A stretch of 63,414 nucleotides of DNA, filler included, from Stramenopiles sp. TOSAG23-3 (taxonomy: Eukaryota), in assembly GCA_900128585.1 (NCBI GenBank). It is 11 parts of 11 records of this genome, joined end to end, with 100 filler letters (N's around TTAATTAATTAA, not from the genome) between each part and the next. Parts side by side here need not be neighbours in the genome. Positions count along the whole stretch, not along the records: positions 57,768 to 63,414 come from LT643463.1; 10 more parts are not named here. One strand, given 5' to 3'. The notes below the pieces were generated by a model that was not told the DNA's origin, made no database searches, and saw only the letters and a list, made by a program, of their open reading frames with translations. How positions within the stretch are numbered: the stretch's first letter is position 1; each line of letters starts with the position of its first letter. Positions 62,701-63,414 of the stretch are shown here, piece by piece. The position numbers and the translations under genes were made by a program.

Positions 62701-63414
62701 GTCTATTATTGTTTTGCGCAGGCCCTGAAGCAACGAGCCCTCCCGAGCCCCCCCCCCGAAGTGCGGAAATAGCCTCGGCGTGGACAACAAGCCTAGTTTG
62801 CTGCGAGCGATACTCGCCCTGCGCTTCGCTCAAAGTTCCGAAGGCCACCCAATCCAGAGGCGAAACCTTTTCCACCAACCAGCGCGTGAAAATTACGTGA
62901 ACGAAGGGTGCCGAGGCCAACAGGGATCCATTAATAATTCCAAACTGGGATATAAACTGTTGAAGCGACAAAAATCCAAAGATGCAACCGCGAAGCCCGG
63001 CGTCACACATCCCACTGTAGTAGTTGGCTATCCCGGAGGAGACTGCCGATACGTCGCCGATCATGGTAGAGTCAACGTTTGAAAATTCCCTCTCGACATG
63101 GTAGTAGTTCTGGTTCGTAAAATACTTCTGGTGCAGAATCTCCGTGAGTTTTTTCTTCAGTCGGATTGCTAGCTTTCGTGAGAGAAAAGAGCTGGTCATA
63201 TCGACCCATGCCACTACAGCTTCAAGAAAAAGGTGTTTCAACAACAGCGGGATGAATACCTTTCTGTTAGCAGAAAAAATATTGAACCCAATCTTCTTTA
63301 AATTCATCGTCATTTTAAAGACAGACACCATGCGCACAATGTTGATTCCGGCTATCGAAAGAATTTCCAGTCCACCACCTGATGGTGAAAACAAACGTTT
63401 CGGCCAGAGAAGGT
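59782..63414 (-). CDS. Full-size ABCD transporter (TMD-NBD-TMD-NBD), 5'-truncated, with a 1-nt frameshift in a G10 run
   Basis: EAA-like motifs HAEAISALRG and HSESIAFFGG; Walker A GHNGAGKSS and GPNACGKTS; LSLGEKQRL and LSLGEQQRL; AILDECT twice. Confidence 0.93.

Noticed and set aside
38341-63414. LMBD1-like plus ABCD as a cobalamin-export gene cluster
   Set aside because: They are on different contigs, and the ABCD is a full-size type not shown to be ABCD4
1-63414. Alternative genetic code, tRNA or rRNA genes
   Set aside because: Conserved genes read through in the standard code and use TAA, TAG and TGA as stops; no tRNA or rRNA recognised by eye

Overview
Eukaryotic DNA, intron-poor, with GC-richer coding regions in very AT-rich, microsatellite-laden intergenic DNA. 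The gene content suggests a heterotrophic protist, plausibly a stramenopile (inference). The window is not contiguous: it is 11 unrelated contigs of about 5.65-5.70 kb in descending size order, joined by artificial 100-nt N44-TTAATTAATTAA-N44 linkers, so adjacency across linkers means nothing. Recognisable genes include an FN3/multi-TM surface protein, p24/GOLD, SprT/GCNA-HMG, PIG-H, a 2xRRM protein, a GPCR-like protein, an ankyrin protein, a silicon transporter (SIT/SIT-L), a secreted phage-type GH19, DEP-EDR2_C, GT4, a divergent actin-like protein, ArgD, Spinster MFS, LMBR1, Pescadillo, TatB-like, Kish-like, an amidohydrolase, an elongase, CCT6 (frameshifted), Sestrin and a full-size ABCD (frameshifted). 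The most notable signals are the silicon transporter with a coiled-coil tail, an unannotated decayed-coding dispersed repeat present on four contigs near gene 3' ends, an in-frame 12-nt-spaced Kish/TatB gene pair, and a secreted GH19 muramidase-like protein.
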